Positions 25,734-37,721 are shown, numbered from the stretch's first letter. The stretch is DNA of 64,000 bases from Psammoneis japonica (GCA_008632985.1 QPGO01000026.1:558001-622000), one strand, 5' to 3'. The notes: generated from the letters alone by a model not told the origin. Translations and numbers: made by a program.

Positions 25734-26780
25734 ATGGCGGCGGTTGATAGCAACAGCAGCAACATGGACTTGCCTCCCTCCAAACGGGCTCGAACCAACG
25801 ATATGATGGCTATAACTGAGTATCAAGACCCTGTTGATATCAGAACGTCATCACTCGCGGAACCAACCATGAAACTTACGGGCCACTTGGGCTCGGTCTA
25901 TGCGTTGCAGTATGATCCTGCCGGAGAAGCCTTGTGCAGTGGTTCGTTTGATATGATGTGCTTGTTATGGAATGCATCCGGTAATTGCGAGAATTATAAT
26001 ATCCTCAAGGGCCACAAGAATGCCATTTTGGACTTGTCGTGGAGTTTGGATAGTCAGCACGTGGCGACCGCATCGGCCGATACGAATTTGGGCTGGTTCC
26101 ATGCCAACACGGGGGAACGTGTCAAACGATTCATGGGACACACGGGAATTGTCAATTCGGTCGATACGGCGCACACCATGTCGCCCAATTTGTTGGTGAG
26201 CGGGAGTGATGACTGTACGGCGAAATTATGGGATGCACGCATCAAGGGCGCAACCGGAGACTTGGAACACGAGTTTCAAGTCACAGCTGTAGCGTACGCG
26301 GATGAAGCTCATACGGTGTATACGGGAGGGATTGATAATACAATTTATGCGTGGGATGTCAGAATCATGAAGAAGACCATGGGCATGAAGGGTCATACAG
26401 ATACAATTACGAGCCTGGCGCTACACCCCAAGGGCACTCACTTGCTTTCCAACAGCATGGATGGCACTCTCAAGACGTGGGATATTCGTCCGTTTGTGGC
26501 AGACGATAAGAACCGCCGACATGACAAGACCTTTGTTGGGGGCACTCATGGTGCTGAAAAGGGATTGCTAAAGTGCGCTTGGAATCCAGACGGGACCATG
26601 GTGACGGGTGGAAGTGCCGATCGGATTGTACACGTGTGGGACGAAATGACGGCTGAAGAACTCTACAGTCTTCCCGGGCATACCGGCTCTGTCAACACTG
26701 TAGTGTTTCATCCAAAAGAAAACGTTCTGGCATCGGGATCATCAGACAAGACTATTTACGTCGGAGAGTTGAGCCAATAG
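25734..26780 (+). CDS. SNRNP40: U5 snRNP 40 kDa WD40-repeat protein
   Basis: RTSSLAEPTMKLTGH, seven WD40 repeats, WDIRPF, EKGLLKCAW and LPGHTGSVN...FHPKE...SGSSDKTIYVGEL. The true start is taken as ATG 25734; the ORF-track upstream extension lies in stop-depleted DNA. Confidence 0.9.
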   Translation: MAAVDSNSSNMDLPPSKRARTNDMMAITEYQDPVDIRTSSLAEPTMKLTGHLGSVYALQYDPAGEALCSGSFDMMCLLWNASGNCENYNILKGHKNAILDLSWSLDSQHVATASADTNLGWFHANTGERVKRFMGHTGIVNSVDTAHTMSPNLLVSGSDDCTAKLWDARIKGATGDLEHEFQVTAVAYADEAHTVYTGGIDNTIYAWDVRIMKKTMGMKGHTDTITSLALHPKGTHLLSNSMDGTLKTWDIRPFVADDKNRRHDKTFVGGTHGAEKGLLKCAWNPDGTMVTGGSADRIVHVWDEMTAEELYSLPGHTGSVNTVVFHPKENVLASGSSDKTIYVGELSQ

Positions 26781-26821
26781 TTCAGCAGCAAATAAAAAAA
26801 GAGCTAAACGAGTAAGAACGA

Positions 26822-27699
26822 TTACGACTGTTCAGAAACTGCAGCTTGAGATTTCTTTCGTCGTCTCCGTTTCCGAGGTGCCTTGGCTTCTTTTACATCT
26901 TGCTTCCTCTTACAACTCAATGGATTGGGGCCCTTGGCCTTGTGCTTCATTCTCGTATGCTGCAGAGTCGATTTGTTGTTGCTTTCCGTTGCTAGATTTC
27001 GGTCTTCCTTCCGAACATTCCTAACGAGTGCCTGTTCTTTAGCGGTACCCGTTTTCCACTTGTGTCGCTCTTGGCTGGCAGCTTGGTTCTGGCTCGACTT
27101 TGACGGGTTTTCCAACAATACTACACTACGTGCGAGTCGAATAAGCGGAACGCTTCCTCTACCACGCAACAAGTCGAGGAGTGTTTCGTCCTGTGTCGCA
27201 ACAATGTAGTGCCTATTGTTTTTTGTCGATACAGCCAGTCTGCAAACATCCATACCAACCGTTCCAAGTTCGTATTGTTCCAGCGAATCACTTTCATGTT
27301 CATCAAGTGTGGGTACATCTCGCTCCTCCAGTATTTCACATTCATCAAGCCCGTACTGACGTGCCTGAGCAAACTGTTCTTTTTTCGTCTGTTTGAAGAG
27401 TGTGTCGAGTTCATCGAGAGATGATCGCGTCACGAATAATTGAAAGGGAGAATGCTGTAACAGACGTTCCAACCGATCCATCAGGGGGACCTTTTGAGTC
27501 ATCATGGCTACCAGAAAACATCCTGTACATCATCAATCAATATTGAGAGTTGAGAAAGCATGTCTAAAAACAACATTGAATGCCGCATGAGATGAACAAA
27601 CATACCATCACACAGAACATGATACGGAGGATGGATACCGACGTTCAATCGAAAGAACTGTAACGTACGACGAGCGGCTTTGGCACGTCCGTGTCTCAT
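26822..27699 (-). CDS. UTP23: rRNA-processing protein Utp23 (Fcf1/PIN family), one intron
   Basis: MRHGRAKAARRTLQFF...PPYHVLCDG | intron ~27520-27605 | ...HYIVATQD...VPLI...LENPS...KAKGPNPLSCKRK. Confidence 0.9.
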
Positions 27700-28387
27700 G
27701 GTGCTTATTGATTTTTCTGCGTTTCTCGCTCGCTCGCTCGTCGCGTCGTCGCCTCAAGCGCTCCTGATAGCACATGAACCTATCTGTGAATCCAAATTGA
27801 TTGGTGGGCAGAAGAAACGCGTAGAAATTGTACCGTGCGTACGTAGCTACAATATCTGATCTGGGTGGGCGTACTAAAAAGTGCGCCTGATCGAATGCAT
27901 GCCAAAGCAGCATATGAAACACAATAGCTCTTAGTAGGGCCCTAGGGCCCTAGCTAGTAGTTGCTGCTCTATAGTAGGCCATCTACTCTACTAAGAGTAA
28001 CAATAGCAGTACCCCTAGTAGCATTAGAGAGAGCAATGGCGTTTGCGGCCGGGTTTTGCGTTTTGCCTCCTGTTTCTATTGGTCGTACTCTCTACTCACC
28101 GTCTGTTAGTTTCATCATTAAGTCCATGACTTTTTTGTTACGGCCTGCTAATTCCACCGTCTAAATTCATCCATGAAGCCCCCTGGAGATCCGTAACAAA
28201 ACTAGTCAATGATTTTTTTCTGCAGACCCCTGTTGAAGTTGCCTGTTGCTGTCGCCGGGTGTTTTTGGTCATTCGACCACGTTGCTCGACTATAGGTAGT
28301 CCCTTCTTGCCTCTAGCATTGTTATATGGTACTTCCAAGATACTGAAGACTTATAAAAAATAATAGATGCATCCAACAGCAAAATGA

Positions 28388-30880
28388 CTAAGGTACAGAT
28401 ATCGTAACCGCATGGCCTCCAACAACCACTCCATTCGCAGAAAACTGGACTTCACACTCAAACACAGTGCCAGAAGCTGTCGTCTCTGGTACAAAATATG
28501 TCTCCATAAAGCTAGCACTCCCACCGGGCTCGACAACTACAGAGCTTGGCTCAAAAGACACAACCAAGTCTCCGCACCCAACAGCAACAGCAAATATTGA
28601 ACAAGGCAGATCCCCAATTGCCGTCAAGATTGCGTCTGCAATATTACTCCCGTCCGAGCTTAGTGGTACGATCGTTCCTCCTGTAGCATCAGCTAAGTCA
28701 TCAAGCTCGTTACCAGCACCTGCGTCCAATCCAATGATGCGAATGTTATTAGCGTTGTTCAAAGCTGCGACCGTGGACTCAAAATCATTCTGATAAGGTC
28801 GTCCAGGAGATGGTACATGAAATGATGCGTCCGTAGTGACTAACAGTAATCGAGCAACCGTGAGATCATCTGACCACCCGCAGTCAGGTTCGAATGTCTC
28901 GGGGTTGATCTGCAATCCCTGAGCGGCTCCTACGATCCCATCATACTGCGACTCTGGTCCATCACCACCACCAGCCGCACGCAACCCATTGATTGCATTT
29001 GTCCAATCATCAAGTTCTGGACTAAGCGGACTGAAAAGCTCGTATGGAAAAGGATAGTCAATGAACCCAGCCACCCCAAATCTTGCCCCTGCAGCAGCTG
29101 CTGATACTTGGGTGAAAATCTCATCTGCGGCACTCCTGAGAGAAACAAGATCGTCAACAAAAGAGCCACTCAAGTCAGATAGTAGACAAACATCGACTCC
29201 ACCCAAGGTGCCACCAGCACCGCACGAAGCATCAGCTGTCGCGCTTCCAATGTTCACAAACGTTTCGCCTTGAGCAACATCTTCATTGACGTCTTCCTCA
29301 GTCCCGGATTCCAAAGTGTCATCCGAGACACTCTCGACTGATTCTATGTTTTCAAGTACGCCATCACCGATGAGTACTTGAATGTTCTCGTTAAAAGCAA
29401 TCTCGAATTCTGCCTCTGACGGCGCACGATCTTCGGCATCAGCTGGACAGAAGCAAGTATCAAGAGACTCTTGGAGGAACCGTTCTTCAAATGGAAACGA
29501 TACAACTGTTTTTCGCCTCCGGTCATTGAAGGATCTAGATCGTCTACCACAACCTCGACATCGCCCTGTGGTTCGGTATAGGTAGGTGAAGCGACGTCCA
29601 CGTTGCAGCCGTCTATTCCTCACGCCGTCAAATTCAATCTCCACAGTATCAATCACACGAAACAACGGGTCACACAACTCGGCATTCAATGCGTTCAAGC
29701 GATTGTAGGTATCTTTGTATTCTTGAACCAAGGCTTCAATCTCTGGAGGTGTGATTGCATCAGGATCACCTGTGTGCTCAATGCTGACCTCCGATTCAAA
29801 AGTAGTGATTTCATCGCCGCAATCGACCTCTTCCAGCTCAATGACGGCATCAACTGCATCAACATTGACAAGAACGCCGTTTTCGGAGAGTTCTTGAACG
29901 GCGGTATTGTATGCGTCGGTGAACTCACTCAATAACGGAGCTGGACAATTACAAATTGTTTCGTCGGGGCCTTCATCCACAGTTATGGCTTTTTTGTAAC
30001 CTTTCTTATGTTCCTGTTTGTACTTGCCAACAGCATGGTGCTTCGTTTTACCAAGCTTTCTCCGTCTCCTGTCATTGAATGCTCTCCGACGTCTCCCACA
30101 GCCACGACACCGTCCTGTGATACGGTAAATAAGCCGTCGTGAACTACGAAGCTCCCTTCGACCTATGGAAGCACTCAACCCCGGATTGATATCTAAATCA
30201 ATATCCACCGTATCGAGTACCAATGATTCCAAACCACAAGCCGACGCCGTTATGCCATTGTATGTATCAAGAAACGCTTGTTCAAGCGTTCTTAGTTCTC
30301 TTCCATTTATGTCGTCTGGAGACTCTCCAGAAACGTCTACAAACAGCGTGCTTTCAAAGAAGTCAAAGGGTTCGTCGCACCCCGTCTCTTCCTCTTCTTT
30401 TGGTTTCTTCGTTTCCGCTTTATGCTTTGCGGTATTCATTTTATGCTTCTTAAATTCCACTATATGCTTCTCTGTATTTGGTTTATGATTTTCGGCTTTC
30501 GATTTATGATTTGCGGCTTTCGGTTTATGTTTTTCCGCTTTCGTTTTATGCTGCTTCGTCCCGGCATGGTCATACTTGACAGGCTTTTCATGAATTGGCT
30601 TGAAATGATGGGTAAACTTGACACCACCACCACCAACCTTTTTTTCGACAGGTTTCTTATGAATTGGCTTGAAATGATGGATAAACTTGACGCCGCCACC
30701 GCCACCCTTTACACCTCCTCCTTTCTTTCCGCCACCTTTCTTTCCACCACCGCCTCCTTTTTTGCCATAATGCCCATAAAATTTATACTCGTGGGGCCAG
30801 CAATACGCACATTGCATGATGCAGGTTATGACAAGCAAGAGGGCCCATGTCATGGAGTGATCATTGTGGAGAACCATCAT
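28388..30880 (-). CDS. Secreted von Willebrand A domain protein with a Lys/His/Gly-rich N-terminus and two internal repeats
   Basis: 830-aa ORF with a signal peptide. VWA/MIDAS features: DVCLLSDLSGS, RFGVAGFID, GGGDGPE, LLVTTDASFH. The repeats contain YRxTGRCRGCGRRxRxFNDRRR. Confidence 0.85.
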   Translation of the reverse strand: MMVLHNDHSMTWALLLVITCIMQCAYCWPHEYKFYGHYGKKGGGGGKKGGGKKGGGVKGGGGGVKFIHHFKPIHKKPVEKKVGGGGVKFTHHFKPIHEKPVKYDHAGTKQHKTKAEKHKPKAANHKSKAENHKPNTEKHIVEFKKHKMNTAKHKAETKKPKEEEETGCDEPFDFFESTLFVDVSGESPDDINGRELRTLEQAFLDTYNGITASACGLESLVLDTVDIDLDINPGLSASIGRRELRSSRRLIYRITGRCRGCGRRRRAFNDRRRRKLGKTKHHAVGKYKQEHKKGYKKAITVDEGPDETICNCPAPLLSEFTDAYNTAVQELSENGVLVNVDAVDAVIELEEVDCGDEITTFESEVSIEHTGDPDAITPPEIEALVQEYKDTYNRLNALNAELCDPLFRVIDTVEIEFDGVRNRRLQRGRRFTYLYRTTGRCRGCGRRSRSFNDRRRKTVVSFPFEERFLQESLDTCFCPADAEDRAPSEAEFEIAFNENIQVLIGDGVLENIESVESVSDDTLESGTEEDVNEDVAQGETFVNIGSATADASCGAGGTLGGVDVCLLSDLSGSFVDDLVSLRSAADEIFTQVSAAAAGARFGVAGFIDYPFPYELFSPLSPELDDWTNAINGLRAAGGGDGPESQYDGIVGAAQGLQINPETFEPDCGWSDDLTVARLLLVTTDASFHVPSPGRPYQNDFESTVAALNNANNIRIIGLDAGAGNELDDLADATGGTIVPLSSDGSNIADAILTAIGDLPCSIFAVAVGCGDLVVSFEPSSVVVEPGGSASFMETYFVPETTASGTVFECEVQFSANGVVVGGHAVTISVP

Positions 30881-31134
30881 GTGTGCGTGCCATTGCCGTG
30901 TGCCTTTGAGAGTGGGAGGTGCTCATCGCAACCCAAAATGTGAGCATCGATGTTGTGGAGCCAACGCACGCTCACGCTCTCTGTACTACGGTAATTATTG
31001 CCTCAACGCATACTTTTACTGTGTACTGTACTTGTTCGAATCCAACATTCAGGTCAATAAAAGTAACTGTCTATATATCTAGAGAGTGTACAGTAGGATT
31101 ATTTCCGACATCAACATGCACGTAGATGTGATGT

Positions 31135-31930
31135 TTTGCAGCATGTTGCAAATCTCGTAACGCGCCAAAGCACAACCATCAACACAACAACCGCAAGCAA
31201 CAAGCAACACGGCAAATGCTTCACAGAAACTCTGTCAATTGTCATTGTTTTTGCTCTGAGCAGATCTCCACAGCTGAGCAGCAGCACATGCCGGCTTCAC
31301 CAGGTGTGCCTCTCTGGCCAAAGCAAGAGGGTCGCCGCTGCCACCACCACAGCATGTCAGTTGGGTGCAGAGCATTCACTGACATGCTGCATTGTTAAAA
31401 CTTGCACACAAAGAGTCAAGATGCATGGTGGCACTGAGCCATGAAGGTGCCATGTGTGGCAAACTCTGTGGGGAAGCCAGCCGCAAGAGGAGCAGAGCTG
31501 CTGCTGCTTGGTGGGAGCCCATTGCAGCGCTTGCTCAGACATTCCATCACGTGGCTTTCAAAACAGCAACCCACATTTCTGACACAAGACTCTTTAGGGT
31601 TGCAAAGTTGCTCTGTTCCATGGCTGCAGTCTCCCTTTTGTTGCTTGTGGATTCTGGGGGGCATTCTGTCTCTTTGGAAAATTGTGAGTCTTTCTTTTGT
31701 GAGCCAGTGCAGCTCCGACGGTTTGTTGCTCTCTCTCTCAGGACCACTTTTGAATCGCAGCACTTGCCAGGCTTCACCCCGGTTTCGACTGGCCCCTGCC
31801 ACTTCTCGAGGAGGAGTCATCACACTCCATGTTGTACCGGCATGTTGAGGCTCAGTTGAGGCACGTGGCTCAGTGCCTGATGAACCCTCAACCCGAAGGT
31901 GCGCACGCCGATCCCAGATCCTGCACGCCG
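31135..31930. mobile_element. Short TpA-depleted domain E between two divergent genes
   Basis: Only a handful of TA in about 800 bp; TG/CA-rich. Confidence 0.5.
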
Positions 31931-31987
31931 ATGTCAAAAAATCGGCAGAACACAGAACATTGCTATCTCCACCATGACAATCTCACA

Positions 31988-33970
31988 ATGATTGGGCCGC
32001 GGTTACTGTCCATGCAGTTGCATCTACTCTGGGTTCTCACTTCTGTACAAACAATCCAGAGCTTTTCAGTAAAAGTACCCGTTCGTGGTGGTGGCGGTCG
32101 TGCCCCGGGAGTTCCCGACAAGGTTGACACCCCGAGCAGCGAAACAACATCAGCATGGGAAGCATCATCATCACCGAGCGAGCCATCGGAATGTCGTCTG
32201 ATTGTATGTCAAATAACCGATGTCTACACATTGGAGTATCTTGCCTCTTTCAAGACCCTGTTGGAAGAAACTAGAGCAAAATCCAAGGGTTGTCGCGTGA
32301 TTTCCATGCTGACGGGAGACTTTCTGTCGCCCTATTTGCTGAGCAGTGTCGATCGTGGTGCCGGAATGATGCATGCACTATCGCGTATTCCTGTTGACTA
32401 CTTGACGTGGGGCAATCATGAAGCGGATATTGATCATCGGACCGTGTGTCGGCATGTACGAGCCTTTCCGGGCAAGTGGATCAACAGTAACATGCTCGAC
32501 CACGAAGCCATGGACTCGCAAATAGAATATGATGTGGTTGAAATCACGTCGCCAGATGGAAGCAATCAACGTAATGTCGGTCTGGTTGCAGTCTTGTCAG
32601 ATGATCCAGCTCTATATCAGCACTTCAAGGCTCCTGGAGCGTTTGGAGGTGCAACCATTACGGATCCTTGGAAGGCTCTTGCAAAATACAAGAAGCTCTT
32701 GGAAGGACCCGAGCATGGCTGTGATTTAGTTTTGCCACTGCAGCATACCTATGTACCCGATGACCACAAGACTTGTCGAGAGTTTGATTTTCCAGTCATA
32801 CTTTCGGGTCACGATCATCATCGCGTGGATGAAGTTGTCGAGGGTACGCGGTTGCTCAAACCTGGAATGAATGGCGTCTATGCCACCATTTTGGAAATTT
32901 CCTGGGCCGACGCTGCTGCTACAAAACCCAAGATTCGAGCTCAGTTTGTTCCATGTGACAATTGGAAACCCGATCCCGTCCTTGAAGAAGAGAATGAACG
33001 AGCATACGACGCCTTGATTCCGCTTCGCAATACTGAACTTGCTCGCGTACCACCCACGTTCGAGCCTCTCTCGTCCAACGACAGTCGAGGCAGTGTCTGT
33101 TCCATGGGAAAATACATTTGCACATTACTGCGATCCTCCATGAATGTCTCTCGTCGACAGCGCAAGCACCAAGTCGATGCCGTTGCCCTCATGGGGGGGA
33201 ATATCCGAGGCAATGCCGACTATCCACCCGGGTCGTTCTTTTCTTTGGAAGCTCTCGAAGCCGAGGTTAAATCGGATGAAGTTGTTGCTGTTGTCAAGAT
33301 GCCAGGATGGCTGCTGGCGGATGGAATCCAAGCAACTCATGCTGGAGATCCGATTCCGGGTTGGATGCAATACGACGAGGGTGTACGGGAAGATTGCAGT
33401 CAAAGCCCACCCGTCGTGACTCATGTAGGTGGCAAGCCACTCGACCGGGATCGTGTCTATCGTGTAGCTACCAAAATTGGCGATCTGACCAATGGTCAAA
33501 GTCCGCCGTGGACTGAATATTACCTGGCTCATCCGGAAATGTTGCCACCCAAAGGAGCGTACGTCAACATTCAATCCGAATTGATGAGCTACTTTGCTCG
33601 AAATTTGTGGCGCAAGATTTGGGACTCTGTGTCGGAAAAACTTGCCGACACCTGTGACATTGAGAATGAATGCAACCCAGAGGGAAGATTGGAGACATTA
33701 GACACGGATGGTGATGGCCAAGTAGGGGTTGACGAGATTCAAGTCGCACTGCGTGATATCCTTGGATACTCGGTTGACGACCGTGAACAGTCGCTAGCAA
33801 AGTTTGTGCATTCGTTTGCCGATACTACCGGGAACGGAACAGTGAGTTTGGCAGACTTCGAGACGTTCTGCGATGAAATGTCGGAGGTACAGGAGCGGGA
33901 TGGGTGGCGACTTAACTATCCTCGCTCTCCCTCCAAGCCAGTGAAACAACAAGCGGTAGAAAATAGCTAA
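31988..33970 (+). CDS. 5'-nucleotidase/metallophosphoesterase with two C-terminal EF-hands
   Basis: Motifs TDVY, GDFLSP, WGNHEAD, ILSGHDH and GGNIRG; EF-hands DTDGDGQVGVDE and DTTGNGTVSLAD; N-terminal signal-like peptide. Confidence 0.9.
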   Translation: MIGPRLLSMQLHLLWVLTSVQTIQSFSVKVPVRGGGGRAPGVPDKVDTPSSETTSAWEASSSPSEPSECRLIVCQITDVYTLEYLASFKTLLEETRAKSKGCRVISMLTGDFLSPYLLSSVDRGAGMMHALSRIPVDYLTWGNHEADIDHRTVCRHVRAFPGKWINSNMLDHEAMDSQIEYDVVEITSPDGSNQRNVGLVAVLSDDPALYQHFKAPGAFGGATITDPWKALAKYKKLLEGPEHGCDLVLPLQHTYVPDDHKTCREFDFPVILSGHDHHRVDEVVEGTRLLKPGMNGVYATILEISWADAAATKPKIRAQFVPCDNWKPDPVLEEENERAYDALIPLRNTELARVPPTFEPLSSNDSRGSVCSMGKYICTLLRSSMNVSRRQRKHQVDAVALMGGNIRGNADYPPGSFFSLEALEAEVKSDEVVAVVKMPGWLLADGIQATHAGDPIPGWMQYDEGVREDCSQSPPVVTHVGGKPLDRDRVYRVATKIGDLTNGQSPPWTEYYLAHPEMLPPKGAYVNIQSELMSYFARNLWRKIWDSVSEKLADTCDIENECNPEGRLETLDTDGDGQVGVDEIQVALRDILGYSVDDREQSLAKFVHSFADTTGNGTVSLADFETFCDEMSEVQERDGWRLNYPRSPSKPVKQQAVENS

Positions 33971-34803
33971 ATTTGTAGAGTTACATACCTGAATGCCTGC
34001 GAAATGGAACGAATGGAAAGAAGACCTCTACTCTCTTTTGTGCGCGATTTCATACAGTAAAGCTCATCCAGTAGGCCCCATTTTTTCGTGAGGAAGTAAT
34101 TCCGCGATTGCGGTCTGCTGTGCTCTCTCTTTCTACGCTAGCGAGGTATCCCTCAAACCGCGTAGTGGTCCCACGCTTCGCGAGTCGCTGCCACGTTGAT
34201 ACTTCATGAATAAATGCTTACGATGAAGCTATTATGCTAAAAAGGCCTTGCCGACATTTCGTGATCAGACCTCTCCACCTTTTCCACTACAGTTCACACG
34301 ACAAATAAGCTCATCCATCACAGTATGCCTAACTCTCTTTGTCGAAATAGCTTCTCGATTATGGTTGTCTCTTACGCGTTGTCGCCTTTTGCCATGGGAT
34401 AGTCACAAAGCATTCTACGTGCAACAAGAGTGTAAGTTTGGTCCCTCTCGTTTGCTGCAGTGCCACTTCAGTCATGAACTAGCTCAACCAGCGTCAAACT
34501 TCAAACTTGGAATCCTCGTTGAGACATCTTCCGCAAATGCGGATTCGACATTTGCCGCAAAATGGGGGAGATACAGGGAAACAGTAGAGCTCTAAAACAC
34601 TTCACTTCGCCCCAATGCATTATTTAGTAAAAGGCAATAGTCTCTAGTCGCAGCTTGGACATCACAGGAGAGCGACATCTTGGAGTGGTTGGATAGAAAC
34701 GGTTTCTCAGCTTTGAAATAGCTATTTAAAACAAACCCTACTGCCGATCGTCGCTGTTTAAACACAAATTCATATTATCATTTCCCTTTTAGTTCTCACA
34801 GCA

Positions 34804-35985
34804 TTAGTCGCCACCGTCATCTACATCAGCGTAAGAGAATTTTACACTGGCAAGCTCTTTCTTAGCCACGTCACAATCTTTTCTTAGTGCTCGTTCCATA
34901 CCTTTTCCCATCCATTCCAAAAAGGGCGTCGTTTCGTGAACGTTATCACTCGTTGTTTCTCCTTGACGAAGGCGTCTAGCAAAGTCAAAATCATCTGGCC
35001 GACAATGACTGCATTCTACGAGGGCACGAAACCTTGCCCGAAATCGGCGCCGGAGGAAGAGATGGCGATCGTGGCCACTGCTTGCACCTTGATTAATCCA
35101 GTTGGCATTCGACTCTTGAAGAGAACGGCCACCATGAGGCTTACCTCCTTTCTGGTCGTTTTGACCATTCATCTCTTTTCCTATCAATTTGTATTCATTT
35201 AGTAACTCATTTGCACTTTTCCCCTCTACAAGTGGCTGTTCATGCCACCTCGAATCCTCTTCTTCCCTAGCAATATCTAGCTGCTCTAGCAGTTCTTGAT
35301 TCGTGATTTCTTTCTTTTGTATATTTTGGGACAGCATTTCAATCTTCTTTTCCTTCACCTTTAGATGATTCAACCGTTTTTGTCTCTTTGCTTCTACATC
35401 TGCTTGCTTCTGTTCTGCCTTCAACTCCACTTTTGCCATCCGTTGTTTTAGCTGTTCCAATCGCACTTCGTTCTTCTCATCCGCCATCTGTTTGATTATC
35501 TTATTTTTTTCCCTCTCGAACTGATCTGCATATGCCTTCTTTTTCTCAGCGCTCCTCGTCTCTATGCCATTATATGTTTTGTCCACCTCCACCTTCAGCT
35601 TATCGTAATGAGCTCTCAGCCTGGCTATGTCCCGCTTAATCTTTTCGATCTTCCTTTGCAGACTCAAGATCCGCGGGCCATCATACTTGATATTTTCAAC
35701 ATTCCAGAATACGGAATATGGACCCTTAACATTTCTCTTGACATAGTCTATTGCAATGGGCGCAATATTGACCCCTATGGTTTGGGACATGCATTCCAAG
35801 CCTTGATCGTTCGGATCTTCAGATTCTTCTTTGAACACAACTTCAAATTGGTAGTAGTCTTTCTTTGTTTCCGACAGATCTCTCTCGAAGGATCCCCCTT
35901 GTCCAACAAGGTCGGAATCTGCCAGCACGGACGCGCTCCCACACACCAACACAGCAGTCAAGCAAGTGGAGAGCCGAGACCTCAT
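34804..35985 (-). CDS. Secreted coiled-coil protein with RXL motifs and a CxxCxPDD motif
   Basis: Signal peptide MRSRLSTCLTAVLVCGSASVLA; RDL, RSLQ, RHL and RRL sites; a long charged coiled coil; CSHCRPDDFD. Confidence 0.75.
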   Translation of the reverse strand: MRSRLSTCLTAVLVCGSASVLADSDLVGQGGSFERDLSETKKDYYQFEVVFKEESEDPNDQGLECMSQTIGVNIAPIAIDYVKRNVKGPYSVFWNVENIKYDGPRILSLQRKIEKIKRDIARLRAHYDKLKVEVDKTYNGIETRSAEKKKAYADQFEREKNKIIKQMADEKNEVRLEQLKQRMAKVELKAEQKQADVEAKRQKRLNHLKVKEKKIEMLSQNIQKKEITNQELLEQLDIAREEEDSRWHEQPLVEGKSANELLNEYKLIGKEMNGQNDQKGGKPHGGRSLQESNANWINQGASSGHDRHLFLRRRFRARFRALVECSHCRPDDFDFARRLRQGETTSDNVHETTPFLEWMGKGMERALRKDCDVAKKELASVKFSYADVDDGGD

Positions 35986-37721
35986 GACAGACTGTGCCTC
36001 CCGTCTTTTGTTTCCCCTCTGGAGAATGGCAAATGATGCTTGCAGCGTTTGGATTAGGAAAATCTCACCAGTTGAAAAAGTGAAATGAGGGAAAGGAGAT
36101 ACTTGTACAAATGAAAAATCATAAGCCTCCTTGTCGTCTTTTCGGTTGATCCCGAATTTTTCCAAATTTGTGACGAAGAGACATAGTCAAAAATGTCTTC
36201 CCTAATGATATTTGTCGTCAAGTCATGTCCCCAGGCACGTGACTTTCACAAGTCATATTCAGACGCACTGTAACTCATCAAGCTCGTCCGCAATCACGAG
36301 TACCATAAGTCTCAAGTCAGTCGTCGATCGCGTCGACGAGGAGCGACGATTAGGAGGAGTCAGTCGTCGCAATGAAGTCGAGCGCAAGATGCAAGAAGCA
36401 TGAAGTAGTTTGAAGTTGCATCGCCACCACCAGACCTTGAGCTGATTTGACTATGGTTCAATTTGAACTCCGGCACCTCTCCAGTGGCTGGCTTGCAGTA
36501 GGCGAGACGCAACGCGAAAATCGACCATTCGTTTTCAACTCCCGTTGTCTCCAACTTTTGAAAATCAAGTCAAATTTCCAGCAACTGATTCTTATCGTCG
36601 TCACAGCGTTATCTTTTTGGCGAGCTTGACCAAATATTGCTCTTTTCCAATGAGAAGCGCGGTTATGATTTTCCGAGTTGGGAGCCCAGTTTGTCGAGCA
36701 AAAACAGCGGATCACTTTGATTCGTCCTCAGAAGATAGTGTGGTATCTCGACATGCCGTGTTCCGCGACACCCACCACCCATCAAGCTCGTTAGCCGCCG
36801 AGGTGGGTGCCTGAAACGGGGCACGGATCTTGCACCACCGAGCACCGGCGCGTGGTAGAGCTGTTACGTATAATCTCCCCGTAACAGAGCTGATGAAAAG
36901 GATCGGCTATGCGACCAAGTCGATCAATACATCCACTTGCATCCATCACAGCAATAGTGACTATAACTCCGACTACTGAAAACAGTACAATCGAAAGCAA
37001 AGCTACCGACGAACGACCGGGTGTGTCGTTTTAGCATGATAGCCACTACTTGATCTCGGATCTTGCCCGGGCAGTATATCGGTCCTGGTGAAAACGTTGA
37101 AAAGCGCCTGGGCGCAAAGTGCTAAAAACCTTTTCATGACGCCAGAGGGGATGCGCACAAGCCAACTGCTCCTGAGCAGTTTCTGGCATGTCACGAGTTT
37201 CGCCAACCCTTTCCAAACAAAAATTTCTACTGAGTCTACGAGTCTTAGCATCATCCATTCTCTTCTTGTGCCCAGGAAAGATTCATCTCTTTTCAATCAT
37301 TCCTTCCCAAGAGTTTTGGAGTCAATCGCAGTTCGTATGCACCACTCTGCCGCAAACCGCCTCTCTACCAATCAAATGCTTATCTTGGACGAGCACCAAC
37401 AAACTCCGCCCGAGCGCTTTCGGGCATTATACTGATTGGCACCTTTCCCAAGCACCACATAAGATTCGCCCGAAGACGCTTTATGGAAATCCTTCTCCAG
37501 AAAGCCACGTCTTCACAGTACCCATTCGCCACATAGGCCCAAGAAAGATTCATGTCTCCACATTCAAACCTATTCCTGCTCAAGAGCTTGTGCAAAAAGC
37601 GTTGCAATCTTCACAACGAAACCTAATCCTGCGCAAGAGCTTGTGGAGAAACTGTCTCAATATGCACCCTCAGTCTTCTCACAACTTTTACTTCTCACAA
37701 TTTCAATACCTCTTTACCAAC

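Noticed and set aside
36200..37300. Short ORFs between the coiled-coil and spondin genes
   Set aside because: No motifs or coherent exon structure could be supported.
37188..37721. Long upstream extension of the spondin ORF, and the antisense ORF 37695-38417
   Set aside because: The signal peptide begins at ATG 37722, and the antisense ORF is a shadow of the real gene.
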